Shown: positions 25,176 through 39,624, counted from the first letter of the stretch. The stretch is DNA of 64,000 nucleotides from Eukaryota sp. GEM-RC1 (GCA_040285855.1 JAUFOQ010000016.1:744001-808000), one strand, 5' to 3'. The notes: generated from the letters alone by a model not told the origin. Numbers and translations are program-made.

Positions 25176-26457
25176 ATGAGCACAGTTTATGCTCATATAA
25201 TACAGTCTCTAGAAAATCTATCACATGCTTCTTTTTCTGTACTAGAAAGTGTTTCTGACAGAGTATCCGCAGAGCGTACAGAACTTAACAGTCTTTCCCA
25301 ACGAATATCGACTTGTAGATCTAAGATCAACTCTCTCAAAGGAGCTTCTCAATCCATATCGGTGAAGTCTGAACCTCATTACCCCGTAAAAGTTCTTCCA
25401 CTCCATCGTGTCATAACATCAAAACCAGTAGAAAAGGAGAATCCATTCACACAACCAGCACCCTCTGAACCTCCAGCAATGCCTCTCATAATGTCAAAAA
25501 TCTCATCGTACCCTCTCTCCATCTCGTCGTTATCATCGCTGTTCCTTTTCAACAGCTCCTCCAACCCTTATCGCCAATATGATGACACCATGGATAATCT
25601 GGCTGGTGTTCGTGAGAAGCGGGAGCGTTCTCTTAAACAAGAACTCTTTCAGGCTCCTGACTCTGTGGTTAAAGGAGATAATCTACCTGAGTTCGGTGCT
25701 CACTCTTATGAGTTCAGACCTACCGCTGTTCCCATCCCTGCTTTCAATCTACCTTCTCAACTTCCCGAGTTACGAGCTGTAGCTACTGATCTTGAGTACG
25801 AGGATCAGAATCAGTACTACAATGAGTTTGTTCCATCTTACGCTAAAGAACAAGAAAACAGCAATGCTCCTCCTCCACCTCCTATTGTGAAGACTGCCAA
25901 TGCTCCTGCTTCTGGAGCCCCTCCTCCTCCCCCGCCTCCACCATCTGGTGCACCTCCTCCACCTCCACTACCTCCTGCAGGTGGACCTCCCCCTCCCCCA
26001 TTACCTCCACCATCTGGTGCACCTCCTCCACCTCCACTACCTCCTGCAGGTGGACCTCCCCCTCCACCACCACCACCTCCCTGGTCGTCCACCAGCTATC
26101 GATCCTTCCAAACTTCCTCCCACTGCTCCACCACCTCAGCCTAACAGAGGTAGTCTCCTCGATGATATTCGCAAAGGTTTTAAACTGAAACCTGTCTCTG
26201 AAAGACCAAAGAAAGAAGCTGAAGCCCCCAAACCTCCTCCAAAGGCTGGAGGTGGAGATCTCATGTCTGATCTAGCCAATCGTTTAGCCTTACTGAGGAA
26301 GGGAATGGGTAAGAAGGAAGATGATGAGAAGCCAAAGGAGGAGAAGCCTGAGCCTGTTGTAGTTAAGAAAGAAGCAGAGCCAGAAGCTAACAAAGATGGT
26401 AATGATTCTGAGGATTCTTGGGGAACAGCAAGTGAATCAGACAGCGATTTTGATTAA
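25176..26457 (+). CDS. WASHC1: WASH complex subunit 1 (WAHD, proline-rich, VCA); frameshift at ~26080
   Basis: SISSLSSLFLFNSSSNPYRQY..DNL (WAHD); polyproline; RGSLLDDIRKG (WH2); GGDLMSDLANRLALLRKG; acidic tail with W. Confidence 0.92.
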
Positions 26458-26502
26458 TGTGTTAGTTTTGTGTATAAAATTTATTTATTGTGTAGTTGAA
26501 AT

Positions 26503-27429
26503 CATAGCTGAAAAATACAAATTAGTGTATTTTTGTATTTTCACTGTATTTTTGTATTTTTGTAAAATACAAGCGTGTCTCAACAATGTATTTTTTTGTA
26601 TTTTTGTATTTTTTGACAGAAAGTGGTTGACTATCGTTCTTTGTCACTCTGAATGTGATAGCCAAACATACGAAAGTTCTTTGTAATAGTAAATGAAACA
26701 GTTGTGGGTACTTTGTCCAGACTTTGTTTTTCAAGTGTTTCGTATACTTATAAGAATTACGTCTATTAATCGAGATTTTGTCTTTTGATCTTTTTCAATT
26801 TTGATTTTGTCAAACTCAAACTGTCTTTGTTGGTACTTGGAGTCAGCCAGATAGTAGTATAGGCGTTATTGAGGAGTAGTTTACACTTGTGATTCAGTTG
26901 TTGTGATTATCGTTGAGATTATCAATACATTACCACATGTCATTATAGAACATCATTCACCTGAACTATGCACCTCGTCTACTTGTTCTCCGACCAGAAT
27001 AACAAGTTAGACCAGGTATCCTTGGTTACTGCACTGGTCACAATCAATAGTCTCAGTGGAAAATTCTTTTCACCGGGACTGATTTATGTTTTACTTCATT
27101 TTGGACCGTTTGGAGGCTAATATCGTGAAATGTAAAATAGTTCAAGTGAGACTAAGTGTTATTGTGACTAGTGTACAATGTACAAGATGGAAATGTAGTG
27201 TTCCAAGAAGAGGAAGAATCACTTCCGAAAGTAGTATCAGCATTATTAATTATCCCATGTTTCATCTGTTTGCTTATCGACATATATTCAACTTCATGTG
27301 TTGGTGTTTTTAGTAAAGTGTGTCTTAGTAATTCATTTTTTATTACAGTACTTGTATTTTTGTATTTTCGTGTGTATTTTTGTATTTTTGTATTTTTAGA
27401 ACAGGTGTTGCTTGTATTTGACAGCCATG
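26503..27429. mobile_element. Non-autonomous hAT element
   Basis: Ends catagctgaaaaatac / gtatttgacagccatg; 8-bp TSD gttgaaat; subterminal tgtatttt repeats. Confidence 0.85.
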
Positions 27430-27550
27430 GTTGAAATAGTCGGTCTTACATTGTACAATTGTACATCATAAAGTAGCGTCCAAAGTATATGGGAGATTTT
27501 TGCGAATAAACTAATTTAACACTTGCTTCTTTAAACTTGTCGGTTTAAAG

Positions 27551-28795
27551 CAGGGTCTCCGAAAAAATATTTAAATAAAATATGGCCAACTTTCTCTTGA
27601 AGAAATAAATATGAGTTATTGCAGATGAAGAAAATAAATAATTGCAATTATTTAAATTATTTATACCATTAAGACAAAAATACTACGACACTTGAAAAAT
27701 GTATTCTTACAATATAACGACTACTTCTGCTGACTTTTTGTTTCTTATAACTTTCCTCAAAGTTTCAGTGTTCCAGAAAGAACGGTTAAAGTGTAGGAAA
27801 AGTTGCCTTTCTAATGAGCCAGCATTCATACCAAAACGATGTTCACCAATAGTTCGCCGTACAGCTGAAAACAGTCTTTCACATTCATTGGAAATACCCA
27901 GGATGAATGAAAGGTCTGCATAACGTGACGCATTTTGCCTTCGAAGAGCAGAATTGTTCAAATCAGATTGGATATCTGCTGACTCCAGTGCGATATCAGA
28001 AGGCGCTTTTTCAAATTTAACAAGTGTATTCTTCTCAGCTGTAGTTAACTCCACTTCCTGTCCCTTCAAAACTTTGACGATAGCAGTTTCAAATGTCATC
28101 GAGTGCAGAATATTGGCATTTTCAGCAGTATAAGCAGTACATTGAGGAAAATGCCCATGAAACACTTCAAAAGCATCACTAATTTAGAGCAGATTCAAGT
28201 CAGCTCTTTGAAGATGCTTTGTAACATTTTCAAAACTTTCGTAGGTAGTGAGAAGTCTTCCAAGAACAGCTTGTTGCGTTAAGGAGATAACAAAATCAAG
28301 GAGAGAATCATCAAAAGAGAAAAATACATCGAGTTCTATGTATTGAAAAAATCGTTTCAGCAACTGGATGGTTGATGACCACCTCGTGGCATTTCGCTTC
28401 AAAGGTCTCAGTTGAGTTTTTTTGAAAGCGGTCAATGTGACCCAGATTCATCTCCTCTCTATACTGCGGATGTACTTTGTGGATATGGGGAAGCAGATTT
28501 GAATAGCCAGTTCCAGGTTTGATGAAAACGGGGTCACGTTCCGGACAGAATCTACATTTGTAGCCGACTTTACCATCAGGAACTTCGTCTGCCTGGGGAT
28601 TCATTTTCCGAAAGTAGAAGAGGGCGACCTCTTTGGGAGGCATACGAATCAGGGAAAGAACCAAAAAATATATAAATAATTTTTTATTTTCTGTTTTCAT
28701 AAAATAAATAATGGAGAAACCCAACTTGAAAAAATAAATTAAATATCATTATTTATTTTAAATATTTAAATACAAATATTTTTCCGTAGGCCCTG
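27551..28795 (-). mobile_element. Internally deleted hAT transposon with transposase remnant
   Basis: Imperfect TIR cagggtctccgaaaaaata / tatttttccgtaggccctg; TSD gtttaaag; BED finger YKCRFC...GYSNLLPHIHKVH, RNATRWSST, SNECERLFS. Confidence 0.93.
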
Positions 28796-29103
28796 GTTTA
28801 AAGCCTGCCGCAAAGCAATTGTGGCGTTTAAAAGACATAGAGATCAAGTTTAGAATTACATGAAAGCTTCTGTTAAATTGCTTTTAATCAATTTCTTCTT
28901 TCCTAACCGAACAAAAGAATCGGTATTCAAAATAATGCCACTGATTAAGGAGGTTTAAGAATTTGGTAAATGTAGAAGCATATCGACCAGTGTCAACGGT
29001 CTGTATTTACTTAATTTGCAAATATATTTCAAAATGCATAAAAGAATTTATGATAAAACAGTGACAATCACATTAAAAACTAATCATGTCATAATAAATA
29101 CAA

Positions 29104-32100
29104 CTAAACATTAACCACCTCACCATCAAGAAGCGAAGATCTCTCGTTTAACGATCTTCTAGACCTACGTCTTCTTGGAACAACTACACCAACCGTGATA
29201 ACATCATGTTCAAAATCATAAACATACGGAGTAAATCTCTTGAGGAACAGGGAGTTCAAAGTGACAGAAAGTGAAGAAATGGCCATAAGTAAACCTCCCC
29301 ACATAGGATCTAAACGAATACCAATAAAAGGATAGAGAACACCAGCAGCAACGGGAATGAATATAACATTGTAGACAAAAGCCCAAACGTAATTCTGGTA
29401 GATTTTGGAAACAGTCTTACGACAAATTTTAATTAAGTTCGCGATATTAACCAAATTTTCAGATGTTAAAACACAATCAGCTGCTTCTATGGCCAAGTCA
29501 GTACCAGCCCCAATAGCTACCGAGATATCAGCAACTGAGAGCAATCCAGCATCGTTAAGACCATCACCAACAGCAAGGACTGAATCTCCAGAAGACTGCA
29601 GTTGTTGGACAATTCTAGTCTTATCTTCAGGTAAACAATTAGCAAAAACATTTTCATTTGGAATTTTTAATATTTTCGAAACATGTAGAGCGGCTTCCTT
29701 CGAATCTCCAGTCAATATATATACCTCTATCTCCATTGATCTCAACAGTTGAACCACTTGTTTAGCTTCAGGACGAAGAGTATCAGCTAGAGAAACAAAA
29801 CCTAGGAAGGAAGTGTTTCTGCCAACGAATATAACAGATGATCCCAACAGAGAAGCTTCATTTGATTGGGAAAGAATATCTTTAGGGATTTCGACCCCAT
29901 TCTCAGTCAAAAATGATTGAGTTCCAACGTAAACGTCATCAGAGTCAACTTTACATTGAATACCTTTTCCCGGGACATTCACGATTTCAGTTGCAGTTAA
30001 AGTACAATCACGATGCTTGAAATGTTCACGAATACAAACAGCAAGTGGATGATCACTTTCCTTTTCCGCAGCAATCAAACAATCAACAAACTCACTTTCC
30101 TCCCTCATGTACATAGACTACTGAAAACTTTCCTCTAGTCAACGTGCCAGTCTTATCCAATGCCACGCAATCAACAGCTGAGCTCTTCTCTAAACTCTCT
30201 CCTGATCTGACAATGATCCCGTGAGTAGCTGCAACCCCACTCCCAGCCATTATAGCACAAGGAGAAGCAAGACCAAGAGCACAGGGACAAGCAATGACGA
30301 GGACAGCAAGCCCAAACAGCATAGAGAAGACTAGCTTGTTTTTGTCTCTGTCAATCCATTCCTGTGGGATGTAACCAATGGAGGAGAGAGTGTACCAAGT
30401 AAAGAAGGAAATGATTGCTAAGAGGATCACAATTGGAACAAACCAGGCACTGATTCTGTCACCAATGAGCTGTAATCGAGGTTTTGATTGTTGAGCTGAT
30501 GAGACCATTGATGAAACTCTTGCCAAAAAGGAATCTTGGCCAGTAACAGAAACCTCCATAACAATTGATCGTCCAAAAGATTGATTGATTGAACCACCAG
30601 TGATGTGATCACCTTCTGCTTTCGTAATTGACCTGAACTCACCAGTAATCACGGATTCATCTACTTCTGTTGATCCATACTTAATCAATCCATCTGCAGG
30701 GAAAGAGCGACCGGGAACAACAGACAGCAAATCACCGACTTCAATCAAAGACGATGGGATTTCTTCAGAAGTCAACGTTTTTCCATTGGAATCTACAGTG
30801 ACCAACACTGCATGTTTCGCTTGCTTGTTTAACAACGTAGTAATAACAGAAGAAGTTTGAGAATTAGTTAAGGTCTCCAGACCCTTACCAAGAGAAACAA
30901 AAGCAAATAGAGCGGCAATAGTCTCATAGAATTGAACAACATCATAGTCAGCATGTAACAATCCAAAAGTAAGAGAAGTTGTAGAATAAACAAAAGCAGT
31001 AACAACTGCAATCACAATTAAACAGTCCATGTTAGCTGCACGTGCGTGAATCAAGGCTTTAATGGCTCGTTTGAAGAAGATCATACCAGCTGGGGAGACG
31101 ATGGTGAGGGAGGAGAGGAGAGCAACTATGAGGTGGTAGTAAGATACTTGGTTTTTAAAGGTGTTGTTGATATAGGGTATTCTGTTACCAAACATTGCCA
31201 GGGAAAAGATGATTACAAACATGACACCAGCAAAGTAGAATCGTGACCAAGCTGCCTTGACAGCAGATGATGACGTGGACCTGTTGATGTCAGTGCTGAC
31301 GTGGCAGTGTGGAAGTGATGACTGGACAGCAGAAAAGACATCTCGAACACCTACTGATGTGCGGAAATAGAACGTGTAGCTATTATCTTCTGATTGAAGG
31401 TCAGATACGTGATCGAGGTTACGTAGACGGTCGATTTGAACAGTATTGAGTGGAGGAGAGATTGAGAGTTTAAGAGACTTGCAAGAGGACGGAATGATGT
31501 CAGGAGTGCAGGTAAAACCAAGTTTGGATACTGTGGAAGTTACTGTGGAGACAAAGTCAGAAGATGAGAAAGAATCAGCTGGCACAAGAGAAGCTGTGAG
31601 TTTCTGAGTGGGATAGAGAGAGACATCAAAAGATATAGAAGATGCCGGGGATGAGAGAGATTTTAGAGCTTTAGTAACAGCACCAGCACAGGAAACACAA
31701 GTAAGTCCTCCGAGAGAGAAAGTGAAGGATTGTAGATTATCACTGGCAGTATTGGGAGAAGATGATTGTAATTCAGCAGGCTTTTCAGCGGAAGAGACAT
31801 CTTTGTTAGCAGCAACTTCCGACGATGGACTTACCAATGAGAAGGTCTTTTGTGGTAAACGGGGTTGAATCTGATCAACACGGACAGGTTCCAACGAATA
31901 GAGAGTGATTAGGTCATCATCAATGGAAGCCTCCAAATAAAACGCCAAAGGGGGATCTTCTTCGATGGAGATGCGCTTGCATGAATTAACACAATTGATG
32001 CAGTTCAATTTAACGGAAAACGTGGTTTCAGCTGGGGCGAGCTCAACAACTGTTCGGTTATCCAACAACTGTTGAACAAGATTGAGGACGTCGGGATCTA

Positions 32101-32227
32101 AGCTCTCAACAGAGACCACTTTAAACGGAAGGCTAACCTGAAAGTTATCAAAGGAGTCCGAAAGTCTGCGAGAAATATCAGCAACGCAGTTTCCGCAATT
32201 TATGGGATCAACTTTGAAGAAGTGCAT
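29104..32227 (-). CDS. Copper-transporting P1B-type ATPase (ATP7/CCC2-like); frameshift at ~30103
   Basis: Three HMA CxxC motifs (CGNC, CINC, CVSC); TGE; CPCALGLA; DKTGTLT; SDHPLA; VGDGLND; YN; MAISS. Confidence 0.95.
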
Positions 32228-33641
32228 TTGGCCAAAACTTTGGGAAGTATGAGGAAGACTGAGTTTAAATTGCCGATTACGTTCTGAGCCAATCAATTCC
32301 TGCCTTTTCAGGAAGCGTCTATCTACGAGTTGTTTGTGATGATCTATACAATGTACATGTACCGCCTTTACATTCATTGGTGGGTTTCGGTGTCTTTATC
32401 GAAACAAGTCACGAAAACTTGTTCATCATCAAATTACTCCAAAAAATCCCCAAATGATATTTGAACCTATGGATTGAGGCAATGGGATGATCAATACACC
32501 CCTTTTTCAATCATGAGTGATATTAAATCATGGAAAAAATTCAACATCTGTGTCACTAGTATGTTTTGCACATGATTTTACATTATAGAATCCAAAAGTC
32601 AATTAATGTTCTCGGACCAGATTGAACTTATGTGTCAATAATGAATTCGATGTGAAACATTCTAAAAGCAATCCACTTCAGTAAAATCAATGCAAGTGTC
32701 AGCTCAGATCTCGTACATGACTTGTTTCTGGTTGGCTAGTAATTATAATTGGGTCAATCGAATTTCAAACAAAAACAGACCACTTTATACTGTGCAACAA
32801 AAACCCGTTAATGAGTCTACTTTTACCTTCTACATCGCAATGTCCACAATAAAGTTGCTAAACACTTTGTTAGGTGCAACTTCTATCGTTTGTTTTGTCA
32901 ATACACTGTATTTGAGCTATTTGATCCAGTGATCCTGTAAGGAAAAACACTCGATAACAACACGATCTTGATCCAAAGGAGAACATCAAATTTGTCAATG
33001 AGCACCGGGGTGGGAAAACAATACTACAATAAATATTGCTCCAAATATTTATTTCCGCTCTTTGAGGTGGAGCAATATTGATTGTTACACCGGTTAATTA
33101 ATGCAATATTTGCCAATATACTTTGAGTTGTTCATTTCGCTGTTTTGCATCACCATTGGGACTTCCAAAACCAGGTTTGTTGTCTTAAGTGATTCAATAT
33201 AAAGAGAGTTGTTTTATCGGTAATGATTTCTAGTTGTTTTATTGTCATAATGTCTGTCATTTGAGCTCAGTTCGAGTGTTAACTAGAAGTACAATATAAA
33301 TTCTTTCCCTCACACTTCTGATTCTACATTGAACCAGTACACATCACTAAGCAGTGATATTGTCCATAAACCAGAATTCCAGAGGGAAGTTGTGAAGGTG
33401 TTACAAGAGCGAGAGACTGAATTGACCATTGAAGAAGCAAATTCAATAAGTCTGTTGGTGAAGGTTAGTGGAAACAATGATGCAAATCAGAATCAGAATC
33501 ATGACGATCAGGGACCGTCAAAAATATATTGCAATATATTTCAGGGTCAAAAACAAGAATTGTGGCTTTTTTTTTGTGGCTAAAAAATGTTTATATTTAG
33601 ACTTTAACTTTTGCACCATCTAATGCACTAGGAATGTTAAA

Positions 33642-33757
33642 TAGTTCAGTTTAGTTCAGTTCAGTTCAAAAAAGTGTGAACTGAACTGAACTAGTTCACT
33701 GACTACCATGAACTGAACTGAACTAGTTCATGAACTGAACTGAACTATATGAACTGG
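33642..33757. repeat. (GAACT)n/(AGTTC)n pentamer array in both orientations
   Basis: gttcagttcagttc...gaactgaactgaactagttc; resembles TE subterminal repeats. Confidence 0.8.
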
Positions 33758-34156
33758 AGCAAATATACCTTTCTTTCCACAATAATATACAAATCAACAT
33801 TTTCGTTTGGATTTAATCTTAGTATAATTTGTTTGCTTTTACAATTTCATAGTTTTGTAGGAAGGTTACCTTATTGGGTGCCGAATAAAGTTTCCTACAA
33901 AAAAATCAACAAGTCATCAACAAGTACTACACCGCTGACCTTAATTAATAACACTGACATTAATTCCGAACGTACTTTTTTGGCAGAATAAACCCAAATT
34001 AATGTCACTGACATTAATTAGGAAGTGACTTTGATTATGGTGTCACTAGATTTTGTTGAATCAAATCTGTTTTCGACGAGCAACTGATAAAGAATACATC
34101 AGTCATCAAAGTACTCTCTACAGTTTCCAATCTCATGGCACAATTGAATGTTCTTT

Positions 34157-34636
34157 CTGTTCACTGTAGTTCCATTATCGAACCTTGCTATACAACGTAA
34201 GGCGATACGATTCATTCGAATTGATAAAATCAAAACTGCATGTCAACCGAGCGAAAACCGTGTTATTGTTGTATTAGTAGACTTATAGTTGTTGTAAATC
34301 TTCTCTTTTTGACTTTCAGTGCCTAGCAGCATCAGCTGACAGGAATCTTGACCACCAGTCTCCACCCAACAATTATATTATTACTCATAGCTAAAATTCT
34401 ACAGTCTACAGTGTTTGTCTTTCCCATTCCGAACAATTGTTACTTGTAGTTGAACTGTATTCTGGCTTTAGTATTAAAAAAAAATGGAGACTTAGAGTTG
34501 AAGTAATCATATACTGGAGATGTTCCAAATTGATGTCACTTATTTTCCAGAATTGCGCAAACCTAAATTAATGTCACTGACATTAATTGCGAACTGACAT
34601 TAATTTGGAAGTCGATAATGGAACTACAGTGAACAG
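34157..34636. mobile_element. MITE-like element with 25-bp perfect inverted repeats
   Basis: ctgttcactgtagttccattatcga / tcgataatggaactacagtgaacag; TSD not evident. Confidence 0.7.
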
Positions 34637-34810
34637 TGCATTGAGATGATATATGGTGCATTCAGTTGTGAGGTGCATATGATGAAATAAGTGTAATTTA
34701 TGGTATATTCGATGGTGCATTAAGGTAATATTTATTGCAATATTGTTTTCCCACCCTTCTTCCTTTCAGTTAATGTCTGAATAATTTCTTATTGCATCAC
34801 TTGGATCATC

Positions 34811-37043
34811 ATGGACTTGCTAAAGACACTTCTTCGTGTAAATCATGTCATTAATCCACTAAATCCCACATTGTCTACCTTCAAAATCGATCCTCGACGT
34901 CCTTTTGAAAAACCTTTGTATTTCGTCATCGATCTCACAGAATTCTGTACTGATCTTGTTCATTCCTTAGTACCTGACTTTAACGATGGATTCTGTACTG
35001 CTTCACTCATCTATTGGTTCCAACAATTGATCCAACATATGAATGCTACCAACATCTTCTTCATCTTCTTCTCACACAGCCAGACCTTATCTAGGTTTCC
35101 GGTCGAATCAGAACCGGACGAGTTACTTCTAGCAAATACTGGTTATCTAGAAGTTCTTTTGGTATGGGTTGCAATGGAGAACAACAGAAGATGTATGAGT
35201 TTACTTTCACCAGCGTTTAATCAGCTCCATTTCGTCAAGAACGAATCTCAAATAGCACATTGGCTTGAGTCTTTAGATGTGTATTGTGCTTTTTCGTTTA
35301 ATCCAAATTTTTGTTTCTCCAAGAACTGTAAGCTGGTCTTTCTTCCTAGTCACACCGATTGGAAGAGCTTCTGCTCCCGTATGCATCAGAATAAACGTGT
35401 TTCTTTTACGGTATTTGAGTTGCCTAAGTTGTTGGACCAGCTTTCACTTTCTCATGAGAATTTTTTAATTTTTCTTGAGATTTGTGCAGATCCAACTTGT
35501 AAATTATTAAGTGATTTTGTCTCTGATGGCTCTAAAGATTCAATTAAGCTACAAGAACTGCTCAATCAGTGTCGTGATGACAGGTTCAGAACTCATTGGG
35601 AGTTGTTAATCAACGATCGGTGTTTTGTCGAACTCATCCAAAAGGTATCAAAATCTGTCTTGATTTTTAATAATCTCAACATTATTTCAAGTTCTAATGA
35701 ACCTTTCACTAATCCTGGTCACTTATTGGACTACGTTCAACTCAAACTTCATGCTTTTCATTCGCTGAATAGTATTAGAGATCTGTCGTTGACCACTCAG
35801 AAGGCCAAACATGATTGCTTTTCATTGTTTGATCACACACTTCGAGCTATTCTTCATGTAAAATCTGAAGATTTACTTGATCAAGAAAGCTGTCAATTAA
35901 TTACTGGAATTAAACTGGTCCAACTTCAAGATGTAGTTGTAACAGGGGGTTTACCTTGTCTTGAAGTGTTATTGACCATTGTTGAGATGCTTTCAAAGGA
36001 GATATCAATGATTGTGATTGTGAATCCACCGTAATCAACAAGCATTGGATCTCTTTTTCTCAAAACTGCATAATCAAAGGTCTCTTGGTGATGACACATT
36101 GTTCTTTGTATTTCTCTTGGTACGCTTCCTTAATCAACGAAGACTGTTTTTGGAAGGTGTTGAATCTGAGCACAATTTCATCTCCTTAGTTGATGTTGTA
36201 CTTATAAGCTTTACTTTTGCTTTTCATTTGAGTAACTGTAGCTTTGTCAATTCCAATGTTGCTTCCCGAAGCAGCTATCTCAAATCACAATTTCTTTATC
36301 TTTCAATTCAACGATTTTCCGACCTATTTGCATGCTTGAACTATCATTCATTTTTCAAGATAATTGCTGTTACAAACACCCGGCTCTTCGTTTTTTTACT
36401 CGAGCTGGTTGTGTTGTTTCCTGATGAATTAAATTGCGACACGAACAACCCTGATGACGTTTACAACTTCCTTTCTTCCCAATTTGCTGATTTTCCTGAT
36501 TGTATAGAGCTCTGTAGGCTATTAGTTGAATTTGCTAGTCTAAATACTCTCTCTGAGTTTAGTCTATCATTGAACCGTCAACGATCTATCATCAGCTCCA
36601 ATACCAAGTTCACTTCTAATTGTAAACTTTTCCTTGATGGAAACACTCGCAAAGAGTTCGCCATCGACTCGATATTGTATAAGAACATTCAACAGAGTAT
36701 CGCAACTCGTTGTCATGACATCGTCATATCTTCTACAGCTCTCCAACATGAAGGTTTACGTTGCTTTGAGAAACTTGACACTTGGAACAAGTCAGATGAC
36801 TATTTCCAAGCACAAACAATGAGCTGTGTGTATGATCTTTTAAGTGCACCAGTTGTTCTTAAAATTGCAGATCTATATCTTTGTGGAATTGGCATTCTGA
36901 AGTCTTGGAAGTATAGTAAAAAAAGCCATGAAATTCGTGGGAAACTTGAACAGCACATTCAATATCGAGATGACATTAATACTGATATGGGCGGAATTAT
37001 TTTAGACCCAGACAATCGTTTTGTTGAACGCTATACCTACTAA
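34811..37043 (+). CDS. Hypothetical protein (two ORFs 11 bp apart, probably one gene)
   Basis: 407-aa and 332-aa ORFs on the same strand; family not recognised. Confidence 0.6.
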
Positions 37044-37289
37044 ACATTGTTTAAATTCTGTTTATTTTATTATTGTTGAATAAAGTTTATCGATGAAGCA
37101 CACAAAAATGCATATAATAATAAATCCTACGAAACACTAGACACAGAAAATACCTGGTCAACTGTTCCACGGTTTCGATACAACTTTGTGAAAATTGAAT
37201 TAAAAAACTTAGGCATCAAACGGAACAAAGAAAAAATCAAACGGTTATTCCAAACTGATAAGTTAAATCTCTCTTTGCGGCATAAGTTC

Positions 37290-37600
37290 AAGAAACCATT
37301 GATGGCTTTAACACATGTAAAACATGTTGAATACGAACTATGTTTTTTTGATGTTTCAATTTAGGGACGTTTAGGAAAAAGTGCATTGAATTTTTGAATG
37401 ATTTCGGAAATATCGTTAACAATAGGATGAACAAACGTTTTGATCATATGTTATGGTTGAATAGGATCGTTTTTACTGTTTTTAAAACAAATCCCCTAAT
37501 CATCTCCAAAGCTTTATTAGCAGTGAGTTCATTTTAAGACGACAAAACTGTTGTAAGGTTCGATAGCAACGGATGTTGTTTTAATGATATCAAATTTTAG
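37290..37600 (-). repeat. Degenerate dispersed repeat, copy B
   Basis: Aligns by eye to 14010-14300. Confidence 0.7.
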
Positions 37601-37679
37601 TTGGTTGATCTAATACATTTATAATAAAATAAAATTAAGTAGAAAAATCTCTTATTCTGACACTGACACATAGATCCAA

Positions 37680-38520
37680 AATCAGTTTAAAACTGAGAAG
37701 CCATTTCACCAATACAACCAAAAGTAGAAATAACAAGTGGAACAAACACAAATTTTGAATACAAATTTTGATTGAGTTTATCAACTTCTTTGGAATACAA
37801 ATAAATTTTGCGTTTTTAAGCTGTTTCTAGGTGATATAAACCATTTGAATTTAAGCCATTAACATAAGTCTGAGCACATGGATCAACTGTTATAACCTCA
37901 AGGATAATTTGACCAGAATCAAATAAAGGACCATGTAAGTCACCTCGACGAGACTTATTAATTAAATCAAAACCCAACTTCCTAAATAAAGGTTCAACTT
38001 CGGCATGAAATCCATGAGCGTTAAACTTTTCAAATGTAACATCTCTGAAAGCATTATGAAGAACTGAACGAAATTGAATAAATGTGGCCCAATTAGATAC
38101 ATGTCTAAAAGTGAAACTGTGACGATGACTACACACCCATTCAGAATTGTTGAGTCTTTCAGCAGAAAAAAACCTAATCGCAATTGCATATTTAATTTGT
38201 AATGCTCATCAAATGTAAACCAAAAGTACGTGGATGTTGAGTGATCAAACAAGTTGAAATCTTAGCTTCAAGAAAATCGCAAAAACGGAATTATTAAATT
38301 TAGCAACACTGAAAAATTTTCGTAATCCAGGTTTTCAAATGCCTTCACAAACTTATTTTAAGGTTTAACCACATACAAAGGAAGAGACATTGTAGATTTT
38401 TTAGGAATACTTGGGAAACGAGAAGGAAAACAGTTGTCACAAATATTCAAATCCAAATTGTCAATAACTGAGACTAACGAACTTAGCCAAGGAGTAGAGT
38501 CAAACCTCTACAATATCTTG
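37680..38520 (-). mobile_element. Non-LTR retrotransposon remnant (CRE/SLACS-like restriction-like endonuclease)
   Basis: FRSVLHNAFRD...EVEP...SRRGDL...EVITVDPC (RHD / E / RxD / D pattern). Confidence 0.7.
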
Positions 38521-38951
38521 GTCCCAAAGGTGAGAAATTATAGAGGTGTGTTTGTAATGCGAATATGTATTTATATATTTTACCAAATTATTGTAGCAGG
38601 CGACACTGGGTGACATTGGGTGAGCAAAAGTCTGGGTGACCCCAGGTGAAATTCAGAAAAGTTGGGTGATGAGAGGTCACCGAGTGAAACGGGAGCTATA
38701 ATTCACAGTGTTCTCAAAACTTACCTAAAAGTCTCAAGGGTAATTTACTGGATATGTTGGAGAAGAGCATGAAGATGTGGAGGACCCCTGTGTGCAAGAG
38801 GAACACGGAGAAAGCCATCTGCATTTGACCTACCGCAGATCCTACGTTCTCGTGGAAGGCCTCGTCAGCTTACATGACCTCAATGAATCGGATGTCATCT
38901 GTATCTTATTATTTAGTTGTTTTACCAATAAATCAGTGTCAAGAAATATGT

Positions 38952-39548
38952 TCAGAAACTGGACTGGACAAAACGGAAAAAGGAATCAACAATCGACCTC
39001 CGCTGAGCAGTTACAATTGTTTGGGTAAAGGTCGCATATTGGTCAGCAGACACATTTTCGACACTGACACGAACAAGAAAAGCAACTTGTTGTTGTTCAT
39101 TGTTGCGATATTGCTGGATTTTGCCTTGAATCCAACTAGCGGTCATTTTCTTGAACTGATTCCCATACTCCACGGATACCTGCGGTATGGAATCAGGGTG
39201 CAGTCTTTTCCCCTGTTGTTCGACCACTTCGAGGAAATGTTGTCTGAAGATGGGCTCCAAGTTCTCCTCCGTCATCACAGCAAGGTCACTGAAATAGACA
39301 GTCACTGGTGCAACGTCATCAAGTTTGTTGCTCTTTCTTCTGGACAATGCATAGAGAACATCGATTACAACCGCTTGACTTCCCTCGAAATATTGAAGAG
39401 AAGGGTCGGAGACTTCCAAAGGAGAGAGTGGGTCATCTTGAGAAAGCAGTTGTTCTTCTGAATATCGGAAGTCATCGATTGGGGGAAGAGCATCGGATTC
39501 ATCCTCGGAGAGGGGATCTGCGTAAGAAAGTAATGGTTGATTGAACAT
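38952..39548 (-). CDS. Hypothetical protein, possibly truncated or TE-derived
   Basis: 198-aa ATG ORF with acidic N-terminus, lying between TE remnants. Confidence 0.4.
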   Translation of the reverse strand: MFNQPLLSYADPLSEDESDALPPIDDFRYSEEQLLSQDDPLSPLEVSDPSLQYFEGSQAVVIDVLYALSRRKSNKLDDVAPVTVYFSDLAVMTEENLEPIFRQHFLEVVEQQGKRLHPDSIPQVSVEYGNQFKKMTASWIQGKIQQYRNNEQQQVAFLVRVSVENVSADQYATFTQTIVTAQRRSIVDSFFRFVQSSF

Positions 39549-39624
39549 GAAAAGGTGTTTGGGGAATAGGAAATAAAGTGTGTGGGAAATCCGCTTGAAC
39601 TGAAAAACACTGAAGTCTTTAAGA

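Larger units (their letters stand above)
33005..34759 (+). mobile_element. Degenerate TIR element with hAT transposase remnant and nested MITEs
   Basis: ~30-bp IR ggggtgggaaaacaatactacaataaatatt / aatatttattgcaatattgttttcccaccc; VHKPEFQREVVKVLQERETELT resembles LHSMTFETAIVKVLKGQEVELT; no TSD seen. Confidence 0.65.

Noticed and set aside
25838..26092. Gly-rich ORF
   Set aside because: Antisense shadow of the WASH1 polyproline region
38874..39461. 195-aa plus-strand ORF
   Set aside because: Antisense to 38952-39548; no recognisable motifs
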